Positions 38,001 through 45,195 of a stretch of DNA of 45,195 nucleotides are shown in pieces. Position numbers and translations under genes: made by a program. Source of the DNA: Sphaeroforma arctica JP610 (Eukaryota). The notes beneath the pieces were generated by a model, which had not been told where the DNA came from, did no database searches, and was given only the letters and a program-made list of their open reading frames with translations. The stretch is from contig NW_014040200.1 in assembly GCF_001186125.1 (NCBI RefSeq), positions 26,879-72,073 on the forward strand. Reading direction: 5' to 3'. Position 1 is the first letter of the stretch, and each line of letters opens with the position of its first letter.

Positions 38001-41000
38001 GGCAATAGCATACATTCTTATTAGCCAATGGGAACGCTTGATTGTTGACTCGTAGCGTGACTCAGGCTGCTGGTACAACAGCAAGTTCCCGTTCCTATCA
38101 GGTTCTCTGTATAACTCAACGCAGCCACATATGTCTTCTCACACTCACCTCTTTCCCTACAGCGGCTGGTTGGGTGTCCAGGGAACCTTTCTGATGCCTG
38201 ACTCACTCGAACGGTTAAAGAACAGGTGAGAATCCTACGCATATCCTGTTGATAACCTAATTTACCCACACACTCATCATACTTTGCACATGCACCTGCA
38301 TGACGGGCGGCTGTATGGCCCTGTCGCGTAAGCTACTATGTTTGCCAGTTGATGTCTGTGTTCAGTTCTTTGATGTGTCAACGTGAGCTTCTACGCTGGT
38401 ATGAGATGTCGGGTACTGGAGTTGTTTAATGGCGACTGTGTTCGTTCGATACTGTACTAGTCGGAGCAACGGAACAAGCTTAGTGTAAGAGTAGGTAATG
38501 GCCAATCGTAGACTTCAGTATTCAACTCCGAGATCCCTGGCCCCCCGACCCCGTTAATAAAAATGCATCTGTGATTACCAAGCCAGTAGATCTGATTAGT
38601 AATAGATCCGTACGCCTTCAATGATCACTAAATTATAAAAAACTTGGGTTACTATGCACCACAGGGCTCTCACACTCCTCATCCGCATTTTACCTGGGTG
38701 TATCGCTACTCTGGAACAGACCTTCCGCGAATGTGCCCAGGCCAAGCCACAGCCATTGGATAACTCGAGACCTGTGATGGCATACATCTATGCCTATGCC
38801 TGTATTTCGGACCAGGAACGCCCCGCAGGTGTGTGTTTTCACAGACCAATCAGTCGCTAGTCGCACTCAAAACTATATGCTGTTCATGAACCTATCAATG
38901 TATGCCTGGGCCATTCATTCTTCCACACACGTATCAGTTTAAATCATACTAACCGACGCTTGCCACACATGAATATCGGTGCAATCCATACTACGCGGCT
39001 CTTGCCGCACGTGTAGAACCCATACTATCCGACACTTACAGCACATGTTTAATCCATACTACCAGGTACTTACCACACATGTATAATTCGTACTACGCAG
39101 CAATTACCACACACGTATAATCCATACTACACTGCTCTTACCACACGTGTATACCCATACTATTTGGCGCTTAGCTCACGCACAGTCTCGCTACAACGCA
39201 CATTACACAGCGGTCAGCCCAATCACGCGTATGGAGCACATCAAGGATGAGTTAGAGTACAAGAGTGAACAGTACGAGGCCTTCGTCGAGTGTCTGTATT
39301 TGCTGTATGTTTTGGTGTGTGCCCACAGCCTACCCGATCTGCCTTCAGCGTACCGACTAATGTTAGAGCGATGGGCTATTGCGTGCTATACGCCCATCAA
39401 GGATATGAGGCTGGATTCCATCAAACAGGATATCGCGCGCACAGAGGTATGTATATTTTTATGTCAGTGTGTGTGTACGTCTCAATGTGTATGTATCCAT
39501 NNNNNNNNNNNNNNNNNNNNNNNNNNNNNNNNNNNNNNNNNNNNNNNNNNNNNNNNNNNNNNNNNNNNNNNNNNNNNNNNNNNNNNNNNNNNNNNNNNNN
39601 NNNNNNNNNNNNNNNNNNNNNNNNNNNNNNNNNNNNNNNNNNNNNNNNNNNNNNNNNNNNNNNNNNNNNNNNNNNNNNNNNNNNNNNNNNNNNNNNNNNN
39701 NNNNNNNNNNNNNNNNNNNNNNNNNNNNNNNNNNNNNNNNNNNNNNNNNNNNNNNNNNNNNNNNNNNNNNNNNNNNNNNNNNNNNNNNNNNNNNNNNNNN
39801 NNNNNNNNNNNNNNNNNNNNNNNNNNNNNNNNNNNNNNNNNNNNNNNNNNNNNNNNNNNNNNNNNNNNNNNNNNNNNNNNNNNNNNNNNNNNNNNNNNNN
39901 NNNNNNNNNNNNNNNNNNNNNNNNNNNNNNNNNNNNNNNNNNNNNNNNNNNNNNNNNNNNNNNNNNNNNNNNNNNNNNNNNNNNNNNNNNNNNNNNNNNN
40001 NNNNNNNNNNNNNNNNNNNNNNNNNNNNNNNNNNNNNNNNNNNNNNNNNNNNNNNATATATATATGTATATGTATATATATTTATATATATATGTATATA
40101 TATTTATATATATATACGTGTGTGTGTGTGTACACGCTTGTATCCGTATGGGTGTGTTTGTGCGTGTGGGACTCTGCGTGTGACGATAACAGCAGATTTC
40201 AAGTACCCAGTCTAAGTACGTTTAAATCGGATGCTTGTTATCTGTCACATGCCTACACAGCCAGATTTATTTCGTTCCGTAATTCCAAGGTAACGCATGT
40301 CGCAGAAATATGTATATGTCGAGTATGCCTTGGTATATAGCTGAATACTCTAATGGGATCGCAGATGTGGTATGTCTGGTGTCTGGAAACAGCATCGATG
40401 TATTTCAACGTACTATGCATATACGAATAACCGGCATACATGATACTTACAATACATGTAACTATGTACGTGTTCTGTTTCTGTTGTCCTTTCATGTATC
40501 TCACCCCGGTCGTGACATCCATCCCTCATCGACCTCATAGTTATCGCCTGACCCGCCAGCTTGTATGTTACTTTTAAGATTTGACTTATCCATCACGTCT
40601 GACAGGCTAAACGAAAATACCTTCGAGACGCCAGAACATATTACAGGTGTAAAGAAGAATTTGAAGCCTACCGTGTGCGGCTAAATTTGGGTATGCGATG
40701 AGATCTTTGATGTTTGGCTTTGTCCGCGCGCCTTCACATCCAGGCCAACATGCTGAATATATACATATACATGCACATACAGTATAGGAATTGAGATGTT
40801 ATGAACCACGTGGTAGCTCCTGTAGGTACACCTATTTCTTGGTTTGGATTGGTACAGGTGAAATATTCGTTTGTGTGAGATTCCGTATGTACCTCATTCC
40901 TCTTCTTGTTTTGGTTTTTGGCCCCGACTTTCTACAGCACCACTCCCTTTTGTTGGCAAGCCTCTCCCCGTGCTCACCGAACCGGCGGTATCCATCGCAG

Positions 41001-41882
41001 TCCCCGTAAACCAGAGATTTGAGCGACTTATAACACCGGTATGTATATTGCACCTAGTATTAATAAGATTCATTACATATGGCCGAATGCATCCACTTCG
41101 CATTGCCAATAGGGTCTGGTGTCAAATTCCAGGATATTTGTGTCCGCACACCAATAAATAACTGCAGATCCTCTGCAAATTTCCCCCTGCAAGTGACAGC
41201 AAGTAGACGTATATGTATCTGTATTAGTGTCAATAATATCGTACAAAACAGATTTTGATACCTTGCCTTTGCGAGTATTCCAAATTTTGAAAGCTTGTAG
41301 ACCTCATGTGGAGCTTAGCCATGTACGCTCAAATGTAATCTGATATCATACCCATACCATATCATGCATTCTGTACATAACTACACGAACCTCGATTCTT
41401 TTGTTTCATCATCGCGCTACATGGCATATGTATGCTCTCTCACTACGAGTGTATGGGGCAATGTCTTCGACTTAAGCCAATTATCTACACTCGTCGCCTT
41501 TGCGGCTGGTAAGATCTATTTTAGAGTTGACTTATCCTTCCAGGTATGAGAACGATTTGTTTCCCTACACTGACGTACTGTACTGCGCAATGTGCTACAG
41601 GAGGAGCAGCTGAGTCACGTCATCAGCTTCACGGAGAAAAGTCTACCAGACGCCACCAAAGCTCTAGTACGACATCTTGCGTCAGCCACTCCAATCGATA
41701 CCACCGGCACTAATAGTGCTTATCCAATACCTCAAAGTGGGCCGACAACGACCGCTAATAGCACCGGTAGAAACACGAGCGAACCACAAAGCCGAAAACC
41801 GGTACGCCACAATCTGCGAAATCGGGACCGCATACACCTGAAACGGGCGCACAATGCCGACAGTGCAAACAATGCACCGTAG
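2688..41882 (+). CDS. CABIN1: Multi-exon gene (~46-47 exons, ~3,200 aa): calcineurin-binding protein CABIN1 / Hir3 homolog, TPR scaffold subunit of the HIRA complex
   Basis: Manually spliced GT-AG exons join in phase into one ORF. Ordered similarity to human CABIN1 (from memory): M-ISFAGLN~MIRIAALN; TREALEAHVVGVYERALRTQK~[33 protein letters not shown]~LKYSTYKNLAQL; HCWPAIDRL~DHWPCLDNL; HEFLAYQNNG~HEFLLENLTNG; FLDTMHTVLG..CC~LLNTAHEYLG..CC; QVLFCLYG~QCFYCLYS; RDIQLAPKAFRSW~HDICICPNRFDSW; YHKAVYR..YSKTHR~HYKSLYR..YSKTHR; IWR..IDRPG~IWR..IDRPG. Confidence 0.9.
3625..3708 (+). CDS. CABIN1: CABIN1 exon 2
   Basis: gcag|ISFAGLNQQTTTEDFHKHTDEGPTREAL|gtatgt. Confidence 0.85.
3709..4260. repeat. Degenerate intronic tandem repeat starting at the exon 2 donor
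   Basis: Recurring atgcgcatt(t/c)gt..tgagtatgtggtt..cacacac elements. Confidence 0.55.
4716..4763 (+). CDS. CABIN1: CABIN1 exon 3
   Basis: attag|EAHVVGVYERALRTQK|gtatgt. Confidence 0.85.
5244..5447 (+). CDS. CABIN1: CABIN1 exon 4 (TPR)
   Basis: cacag|HGDNKLALELYNEALM...[12 protein letters not shown]...QYFFE|gtccgt. Confidence 0.9.
6085..6300. repeat. Intronic ~40-bp degenerate tandem repeat
   Basis: catc(g/a)tat(c/t)cac...tgtatgtgatatctacaaac, ~5 copies. Confidence 0.7.
6457..6561 (+). CDS. CABIN1: CABIN1 exon 5 (TPR)
   Basis: cacag|ATKIEDTDPVVWLNFSDAAARADDIGLAISCAQSA|gtatgt. Confidence 0.9.
6958..7030 (+). CDS. CABIN1: CABIN1 exon 6 (TPR)
   Basis: aacag|LRAEQHCWPAIDRLCVLLFTAGDY|gtatgt, ends in phase 1. 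Confidence 0.9.
7071..7147. repeat. (TA)n microsatellite
   Basis: Directly visible. Confidence 0.95.
7885..8609. repeat. Intronic minisatellite (~70-115 bp variable units) ending inside exon 7
   Basis: Units cacata(a/g)cagacggtagtagtagcagtatctacgacacacaatacacatcgacacacacaat..atatcctcacccg; the last unit supplies the real acceptor cataacag|ACGGT. Confidence 0.9.
8605..8761 (+). CDS. CABIN1: CABIN1 exon 7
   Basis: aacag|(N)GCNEIIAYALALDPLYARGQELAKAI...AATE(R)|gtaaga. Confidence 0.85.
8719..9750. repeat. ~190-bp diverged tandem repeat (5-6 units) overlapping the 3' end of exon 7
   Basis: tcagagaagcacgcacagc.gggga..cggc.acagaacggta is recopied at ~8946, with further diverged units at ~9148, 9318, 9507 and 9725. 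Confidence 0.7.
9706..9767 (+). CDS. CABIN1: CABIN1 putative exon 8
   Basis: ggtag|PRLSPTGSEHHIHMALGTYK|gtgggg; chosen because it supplies the required phase 2->1 bridge; no homology support. Confidence 0.45.
10000..10214. repeat. 76-bp direct duplication enclosing head-to-head telomere-like repeats
   Basis: Copies at 10000-10075 and 10139-10214 flank ttaggtttttaggttttaggggttttataaccctaaaaccctaaaccctaaaccctaa. Confidence 0.85.
10351..10697 (+). CDS. CABIN1: CABIN1 exon 9
   Basis: ttcag|...LREKRLKRAKQ...NEATWGGVCDALLSAH...FLSVK|gtatgt. Confidence 0.85.
11405..11501 (+). CDS. CABIN1: CABIN1 exon 10
   Basis: gtcag|FELSPALSALPKPPPELQPPIRPSNLDLTVNK|gtgagg. Confidence 0.75.
11525..11685. repeat. 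~30-bp intronic tandem repeat (~5 copies)
   Basis: attgtgtattgcatt(c/t)ta(c/t)tttcttatac. Confidence 0.8.
11962..12079 (+). CDS. CABIN1: CABIN1 exon 11
   Basis: aacag|DSAAPEARSSEPIAAPSKDEQKAEREKERAKEAAPKPKR|gtatgt. Confidence 0.75.
12185..12512. repeat. Near-perfect 110-bp tandem repeat x3
   Basis: tgttctcaagagtcgacagagtcaaaggcaacacataaagtacggggtg...ggctatggcca at period 110. Confidence 0.95.
12619..12691 (+). CDS. CABIN1: CABIN1 exon 12
   Basis: tgtag|SRLAAVKEAAQEAPIAQSTKLDNE|gtaagc. Confidence 0.8.
12845..13205. repeat. AT-rich degenerate tandem repeat
   Basis: Recurring tta(t/c)ttctattcttc.gtatgat / attacaatt motifs. Confidence 0.6.
13650..16965 (+). CDS. CABIN1: CABIN1 exon 13: giant 3,316-nt exon, acidic T/S/D/E-rich low-complexity insert
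   Basis: caacag|IIWEDLLPTFIADSLKVLPG... continuous with the 1108-aa ORF; ends THEFLAYQNNG|gtatgt. Confidence 0.85.
14330..14642 (+). repeat. Coding tandem repeat, 81-nt/27-aa unit (~4 copies, one shortened)
   Basis: ESSTTMTEESTGLADRPTVADVKQTTD repeated in frame. Confidence 0.95.
17184..17283 (+). CDS. CABIN1: CABIN1 exon 14
   Basis: tacag|DWLTTYLSTAFEARGNVDRIRCEVLARWGDTSA|gtatga. Confidence 0.7.
17578..17662 (+). CDS. CABIN1: CABIN1 exon 15
   Basis: cgcag|SMSALPNISAELCFQQVWHRLKIHIVQV|gtgaga. Confidence 0.75.
17826..17967 (+). CDS. CABIN1: CABIN1 exon 16
   Basis: cccag|FDLMLHPWATRRDPCCP...FARYRE|gtgagt. Confidence 0.75.
18262..18317 (+). CDS. CABIN1: CABIN1 possible small bridging exon
   Basis: gacag|(A)CSLYDTSPPLQANHCWND|gtacat; needed only if the next exon starts at 18770. 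Confidence 0.3.
18510..18803. repeat. ~110-120-bp tandem repeat x3 ending inside exon 17
   Basis: ccaaaa..aa...ttag..ac....actgccctgcgg(t/c)cc.c...gtac at ~18530, 18660 and 18765. Confidence 0.75.
18770..18969 (+). CDS. CABIN1: CABIN1 exon 17 (acceptor at 18770 or 18870)
   Basis: VPCQLPCGPLVLNNGLIETAFSLRNVASCLFCAEIQMSVAEK...RNH|gtctgt; SCLFCAEIQM resembles CABIN1 MSLSCMELQL. Confidence 0.65.
19590..19628 (+). CDS. CABIN1: CABIN1 exon 18
   Basis: tgtag|LFASVITPSVCK|gtaggc, phase-consistent. Confidence 0.55.
19806..19861 (+). CDS. CABIN1: CABIN1 exon 19
   Basis: tatag|HILSMAARLGQISCPRTE|gtaaga, phase-consistent. Confidence 0.55.
20080..20193 (+). CDS. CABIN1: CABIN1 exon 20
   Basis: cccag|ARVFWFAMRYDLMFGTAEQAAASAETCRQIL...|gtatgt, similar to [20 protein letters not shown]. 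Confidence 0.85.
20452..20645. repeat. 73-bp tandem repeat (~2.6 copies)
   Basis: cctcagatttgcctatgatatgtctcaaaataataaaag at 20454, 20527 and 20600. Confidence 0.9.
20690..20751 (+). CDS. CABIN1: CABIN1 exon 21
   Basis: cgtag|GNNLKTDAASTRATITLCHVS|gtaagt. Confidence 0.7.
21695..21744 (+). CDS. CABIN1: CABIN1 exon 22 (additional small exons may lie in 21188-21554)
   Basis: tgcag|AAGKKYAIRSFTPVDK|gtactg. Confidence 0.5.
21815..21953 (+). CDS. CABIN1: CABIN1 exon 23
   Basis: tacag|LLANGKYAVAAELLAPIVL...AIWKL|gtaggt, similar to LYEAGDYKAVVHLLRP. Confidence 0.8.
22555..22692. repeat. 70-bp tandem duplication
   Basis: ttgttct..taaacaatacatatagcata.taaaaca.ccagaaggaaggcta.cgatgatttagaa x2. Confidence 0.9.
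22796..22916 (+). CDS. CABIN1: CABIN1 exon 24
   Basis: ttcag|AEMLCTAYVHLKDHMRQLRLLEALLCMAASHGLPDLFTNK|gtatgt. Confidence 0.8.
23599..23875. repeat. 20-bp minisatellite (~13 copies)
   Basis: aacctttcaagtgtatatgt tandem with no spacers. Confidence 0.95.
24478..24647 (+). CDS. CABIN1: CABIN1 exon 25
   Basis: aatag|DQQQLESPNK...TWCPRVEVVLRWMKECLL...VVKE|gtatag. Confidence 0.8.
25020..25560 (+). CDS. CABIN1: CABIN1 exon 26
   Basis: ttcag|IVSHSTQK...FLDTMHTVLGSTRQGCCHG...FLEFVYEEL...EPA|gtatgc. Confidence 0.85.
26119..26312. repeat. ~31-bp tandem repeat spanning an assembly gap
   Basis: attcca(t/c)tgatctgttcgaatataca on both sides of the N run. Confidence 0.85.
26766..26863 (+). CDS. CABIN1: CABIN1 exon 27
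   Basis: accag|EDEKSLLQVLFCLYGVKLEYKKWAPTEHNKHKP|gtatgt. Confidence 0.88.
27076..27189 (+). CDS. CABIN1: CABIN1 exon 28
   Basis: ttcag|MTVSREAAIDIITRIAPLLHENKNMLDFFRHQCPDLMN|gtatgt. Confidence 0.85.
27488..27560 (+). CDS. CABIN1: CABIN1 exon 29
   Basis: atcag|VKYAEVTKKPPVAAQPNGTPGEPE|gtacgc. Confidence 0.75.
27841..27976 (+). CDS. CABIN1: CABIN1 exon 30
   Basis: cgcag|AVAMEIDESAPANGDANTEG...LPLVWK|gtaagt. Confidence 0.78.
28737..28873 (+). CDS. CABIN1: CABIN1 exon 31
   Basis: catag|LFTSLLLDPELDNEMLQQERW...QVFTQ|gtatga. Confidence 0.78.
29154..29276 (+). CDS. CABIN1: CABIN1 exon 32 (TPR)
   Basis: gtcag|GLVTKILSHLSRDIQLAPKAFRSWALFGTICCNILYRAFYG|gtatgt. Confidence 0.85.
29518..29630 (+). 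CDS. CABIN1: CABIN1 exon 33
   Basis: tgcag|DLVWLQSVALGALQILERALEIAQQ...SSAL|gtatgt. Confidence 0.85.
29627..30005. repeat. ~50-55-bp tandem repeat (~7 units) seeded at the exon 33 donor
   Basis: (c/g)tg(t/c)ggtatgtt(g/a)..agct...cttctaca..aaagtgtcgagtgttatata. Confidence 0.85.
30909..31075 (+). CDS. CABIN1: CABIN1 exon 34
   Basis: ctcag|DKIPCTDEIPDTVAVSRQLGRLQYILYDRRHVLLQ...KIMDLHT|gtatac. Confidence 0.8.
32126..32301 (+). CDS. CABIN1: CABIN1 exon 35
   Basis: cacag|ITRLRYNL...AEQAWNRFLSAKAMRK...YYLDEFMQVKESK|gtgcgg, similar to EEEWLIHYMLGKVAEK. Confidence 0.8.
32715..32825. repeat. ~24-bp tandem repeat (~5 copies)
   Basis: gaataggtagttgatatagaact. Confidence 0.85.
33111..33685 (+). CDS. 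CABIN1: CABIN1 exon 36
   Basis: cccag|VLEKLPQCREPAYAMLSTFTKMYL...GTLSEA|gtaagt. Confidence 0.82.
33820..34292. repeat. Degenerate intronic tandem repeat
   Basis: catctgcattgtttg(t/c)tgggaa.tcatgtgt...tttcaattgatgtagtata recurring. Confidence 0.8.
34811..34977 (+). CDS. CABIN1: CABIN1 exon 37
   Basis: tgcag|DKREIDAD...YHKAVYRESLLLHYSKTH(R)|gtatga. Confidence 0.9.
35017..35062. repeat. (TA)n microsatellite
   Basis: Directly visible. Confidence 0.95.
35479..35569 (+). CDS. CABIN1: CABIN1 exon 38
   Basis: gacag|NAEKALEKMEKIMLLDKKRWGVKTLLGDTT|gtgtgt. Confidence 0.82.
36283..36427 (+). CDS. CABIN1: CABIN1 exon 39
   Basis: ctcag|IWRVVESG...LIDRPGGHFSRREKYVDLYLRT|gtaatt. Confidence 0.9.
36964..37078 (+). 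CDS. CABIN1: CABIN1 exon 40
   Basis: tatag|AAEAHNAILLGSAFEQLSKMFTSFESARNTNFVKEKTG|gtaaaa. Confidence 0.8.
38163..38225 (+). CDS. CABIN1: CABIN1 exon 41
   Basis: tacag|GWLGVQGTFLMPDSLERLKN|gtgaga. Confidence 0.75.
38665..38828 (+). CDS. CABIN1: CABIN1 exon 42
   Basis: cacag|RALTLLIRILPGCIATLEQ...QERPA|gtgtgt. Confidence 0.78.
38920..39170. repeat. ~33-bp degenerate tandem repeat
   Basis: ccacaca(c/t)gt(a/g)taa(t/c)ccatactac...ctt. Confidence 0.75.
39211..39446 (+). CDS. CABIN1: CABIN1 exon 43
   Basis: cacag|AVSPITRMEHIKDELEYK...QDIARTE|gtatgt. Confidence 0.8.
39501..40055. other. Assembly gap (N run) in an intron, flanked by TA/TG microsatellite
   Basis: Directly visible; smaller gaps at 21188-21207 and 26249-26268. 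Confidence 0.98.
40606..40690 (+). CDS. CABIN1: CABIN1 exon 44
   Basis: gacag|AKRKYLRDARTYYRCKEEFEAYRVRLNL|gtatgc. Confidence 0.75.
40938..41038 (+). CDS. CABIN1: CABIN1 exon 45
   Basis: tacag|APLPFVGKPLPVLTEPAVSIAVPVNQRFERLITP|gtatgt. Confidence 0.75.
41601..41882 (+). CDS. CABIN1: CABIN1 terminal exon
   Basis: tacag|EEQLSHVISFTEKSL...ANNAP*; AATAAA at ~41890. Confidence 0.75.
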   Translation, partial: EEQLSHVISFTEKSLPDATKALVRHLASATPIDTTGTNSAYPIPQSGPTTTANSTGRNTSEPQSRKPVRHNLRNRDRIHLKRAHNADSANNAP

Positions 41883-42807
41883 GTATCAGAATAAATGATC
41901 CTTCTCTTCAACGATTGATGCCCAAATGTTCGTGTGTCTTTGAGCGACACGCTTGGAGCGAGCGCACGCTACTGTCAAAGATTCAAAAAAGGTTCTATAA
42001 TATATATATATATGTGTGTATGTGCGTGTGAGTGTGTATGTATGTATCCTTCATACGAAAAATCCGCCAGGGACAAATCTCAAGGTCGAATTGGTAGACA
42101 ACTCGTTGCGGAGAGATTCTGATGCTTATTGCTGCTATATGATTCTGTCACGGCAAAAACTCGTTGTCTCGCGCTGTTTCGCTCGTATCCAATTCTATCT
42201 ATTCCGCACAAGCGAGGGCCGCCCAAGTTTACATTGCAGACTCATCCACGCCGAGTGCATGGCTGATAGTTTTGCTCTGATCCCAGGGATCTGCCACGTC
42301 GTTGTGATATATACACTCAACTAGATGTTTGTGTGACTATCCTATGCTTTAATTTTGATTCCAAAAGATCGCAGCCTTGCAGAAGCCCATCCCGCGGACA
42401 CCCTCTCAAATTTGAGGATGATTTTTACTGCAAATAATTACAAACGTGATGGAGACAGGTCCGAGTTCTCGTATTTTGATTCACAATGATGTCTGAAAAA
42501 TTGACCGGTGTATATTAAAGATTTATTGAACTACATTTATTTGAGGGTTTAATAGGCACAATCACTGTCGCCAAGTCATGTCAAGAATAGTTCCCCATCG
42601 TGAGTTGTTCAATGTAGTTATATATTATATACTTTTATGATCGGGGAAAATGCCTACTTACGCATTTGTCTCGATATAGTGGACTTGACAGGCGTAACTG
42701 CCCATCAATAGTTATATGCGCATTTTGCCAGGCTACCATGCATATATCTACATACCGGTTTGAACTCCTAATTCACTCAGACAGGTATACATGATAGTAA
42801 TTATCCT

Positions 42808-43461
42808 CTACTCGGGTGTGGGGACGATAATTATAGAATCTCCACCTATACATTCAAAATCCTCCAGCTCGCATCGCAGATCGCCAAGGCAGGCCAACGC
42901 ATGAAGGGGCGCGCACACGATTTCGTTGGCTTCTTCCGCTATCATACTATTACCCTGACAGTTATCATCAGTCACATCGGCACCGTATTCACAATACTGG
43001 TTCGCGTTACAAGTAGTGGCGTCCGTAATTGTCTTACAGAAGGAATCCACTTCTGAATACATGCTGCCTTCCGGAGGAGCGGTGAAGCCAGAACTATCTA
43101 ATGCTACTGTACCGTTGCCGTCACTTACAACTGTTATGACGCTATATTGGCCCTGACAGACGCCGTCAGCCCACTCGCATCGTTCGTCAGTTGTACATGA
43201 TACTTCGTTACCTGTGATACATGCGATATTGTTCACACGCTCGATCAACTCCCCATCCTCGAGGCATTTGGACATCATTGGTAAGACTTTCCAGATACAG
43301 AAATCTAATTCTGTACACTGTACTTCGGTTGCGTTCCCACAATATGAGCCAGCATCCACAACAAACGGTACTCCCGGCGTTTCAGATAATTCTTCCCGTC
43401 GAGCCGACACTGCTTGTACGCTTGTTAACACGAGACTGATTGACACTATTTGCGGAATCAT
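42808..43461 (-). CDS. Intronless secreted cysteine-rich repeat protein (217 aa), function unknown
   Basis: Clean ORF; hydrophobic N-terminus MIPQIVSISLVLTSVQA looks like a signal peptide; two homologous 8-Cys domains; acidic; N-glycosylation sequons NAT and NGT; no TM segment. Confidence 0.85.
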   Translation of the reverse strand: MIPQIVSISLVLTSVQAVSARREELSETPGVPFVVDAGSYCGNATEVQCTELDFCIWKVLPMMSKCLEDGELIERVNNIACITGNEVSCTTDERCEWADGVCQGQYSVITVVSDGNGTVALDSSGFTAPPEGSMYSEVDSFCKTITDATTCNANQYCEYGADVTDDNCQGNSMIAEEANEIVCAPLHALACLGDLRCELEDFECIGGDSIIIVPTPE

Positions 43462-43687
43462 GATGAATTATAGTATGTGTATATTATAGAGCAAGCACTC
43501 ACGTACCCGAGAGTGAAGTGAGTGAAGTAATGTCTAAAATACCCGTCCGGTCTTCTATACAATCGCACTTTCTCTTCTCATCGCTGAAAATAAAGTTTAA
43601 AAACACAAACAAAAGTGAGATCGGTTCTGTTCGAGTCACTGCACTGAAGGCAGTAACAGTTCTGTTGACGGGTTGGAGTCCCTGCAG

Positions 43688-44020
43688 AATATTTTACCAA
43701 TATTTTAACGCGAATGTATAATTTAGAGGGCTATGGAATATGAACAAAATGAATTACCCTTCTGAGTGTAAGCTTTTCTAAGTTCCTGTTGTCACCGATT
43801 TTTTGTCCGTCCACAAAAAATCGTCATTGATTTCATTTAACCCATTTGTACACCTCTTTGAGTCCCTCCGCATTTCAGAAAGAAAGACTCCACATTTGTT
43901 TGTGTATTTTTTATATTTGGTTTTTAAAAAATAAAAAAGGGCCAAGATATTTTACCAATATCCCTATATATTTACGTGATTATGAACAGAATGAATTACC
44001 CCTCCGAATATGCGCTTTCA
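43688..44020. repeat. Diverged direct duplication upstream of the secreted-protein gene
   Basis: atattttaccaatat...atgaaca(a/g)aatgaattaccc(t/c)t at ~43689-43765 and ~43947-44005. Confidence 0.65.
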
Positions 44021-45195
44021 GTCCATAAGGCGTCCCAGCCGTGTTTTATTATTTAGATACAACGGACTAAAGTTCGTAGGAGATTGGCGGGCTAACAAGG
44101 CGCCCTGAAACAGGTCTGCCTATCTGAATTCTGACCTGGAGAATGCCCCTAAAAATACTTTCAGGACCATTATAGGGATTTAAAAGTTTAACGTACAGAC
44201 TACAGCGTACCCTCAGACTCTGACAGACAGTCAGTCCTTGGTCAAAGAGAATTTTAAAACAGCAGTAAGTATAATATTTTCAAAAATATCACGGTAAACA
44301 ACTACATATGAACAAATCAAAAGTTTTTAATTTTAAATTTAATATTCGACGTATAAAACTAATTCTCTCTCTGTAGGGAAAAAAAGTAGATAAAAATAAG
44401 ATCCAAAGACCAAAGGCAAAAATTTGAAAGAGTAATAAATATACCAAAAATCTTAAAATTCGAGTCTGTGTTCACCCGCAGAATTTTCAATGAAGTCGGT
44501 ACCAATTCTGATTCAGCATAATATAAAAATATAACACTTTTTAGTTGTTGTCACTCTGCGATTAACAATCTGCATACATACGCGTGTCAATCCGTCAGAC
44601 GCAGTCCTGAGTCCTACTTACAGTCTGCATTTTCTTATTTCTGCACTGACTGCAGAGTGAAGTCAGTGATCAGTGATCAGATGAGTGATGACTGCTGAGT
44701 ATGATTCACGTCTGCGGTCTGACAGTGCTGAATGCTGACATACTCATGTGTCCTGCGGCCTGCTAAAACAACAAATATTTTGTGTTAATGACTAAAATCT
44801 AAATATGTGCCTTTTGAAAATGTTCTTTTTCAGAAGAAGGCTATGCATAGATAGACTCAGCCCTCTGTCTAGCTTAGAATAATTTAGAAGAAAGCTATGA
44901 ATATGTATGTAGTACATAAATATATATGTAGTACATAAATATGTATATAGTACATAAATATGTCTGTACTAAAAGAAGCAAGACGTCGGGTGAAAATTTG
45001 AAACATATTTGTAATACCACCGTAAAAAGGATTCGGTGCAGCCTTGTCAATAGGCAGCAGGCGAATTCAGAAGATAGAGATACTACGAACTGAAATACGA
45101 ACAATACAGCCAGTTCGACTGCGGAGCATTCTCAAAATATTACAGGAGCGTGAGTAGGCGCGTAATTTGATGTGCGAAGTTTCGCCTAGTGATTA

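Noticed and set aside
39147..40340. 397/297/248-aa ORFs
   Set aside because: Artefacts of translating through the N gap.
44895..45195. Possible exon at the right edge
   Set aside because: Short frames with no recognisable product or convincing splice pair.

Overview
Eukaryotic, intron-rich genomic DNA with three N-gaps; it is not prokaryotic, and most short ORFs in the six-frame track are intronic noise. About 39 kb (2688-41882, + strand) is one gene that I reconstructed by hand as ~46-47 GT-AG exons with consistent intron phases (~3,200 aa). It encodes a CABIN1/Hir3-family TPR scaffold of the HIRA histone H3.3 chaperone complex, recognised from ordered motif similarity to metazoan CABIN1 recalled from memory. 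One 3.3-kb exon adds a ~1,080-aa acidic low-complexity insert with 27-aa repeats. A convergent, intronless gene (42808-43461, -) encodes a secreted Cys-rich repeat protein. The most unusual non-coding signals are (i) many intronic tandem duplications whose units straddle the real exon-intron junctions and leave decoy splice sites, and (ii) scattered TTTAGGG/TTTTAGGG telomere-like insertions, two flanked by direct duplications and one of these arranged head-to-head. Metazoan-like CABIN1 motifs plus long repeat-filled introns suggest a unicellular holozoan (e.g. an ichthyosporean); this is inference only.
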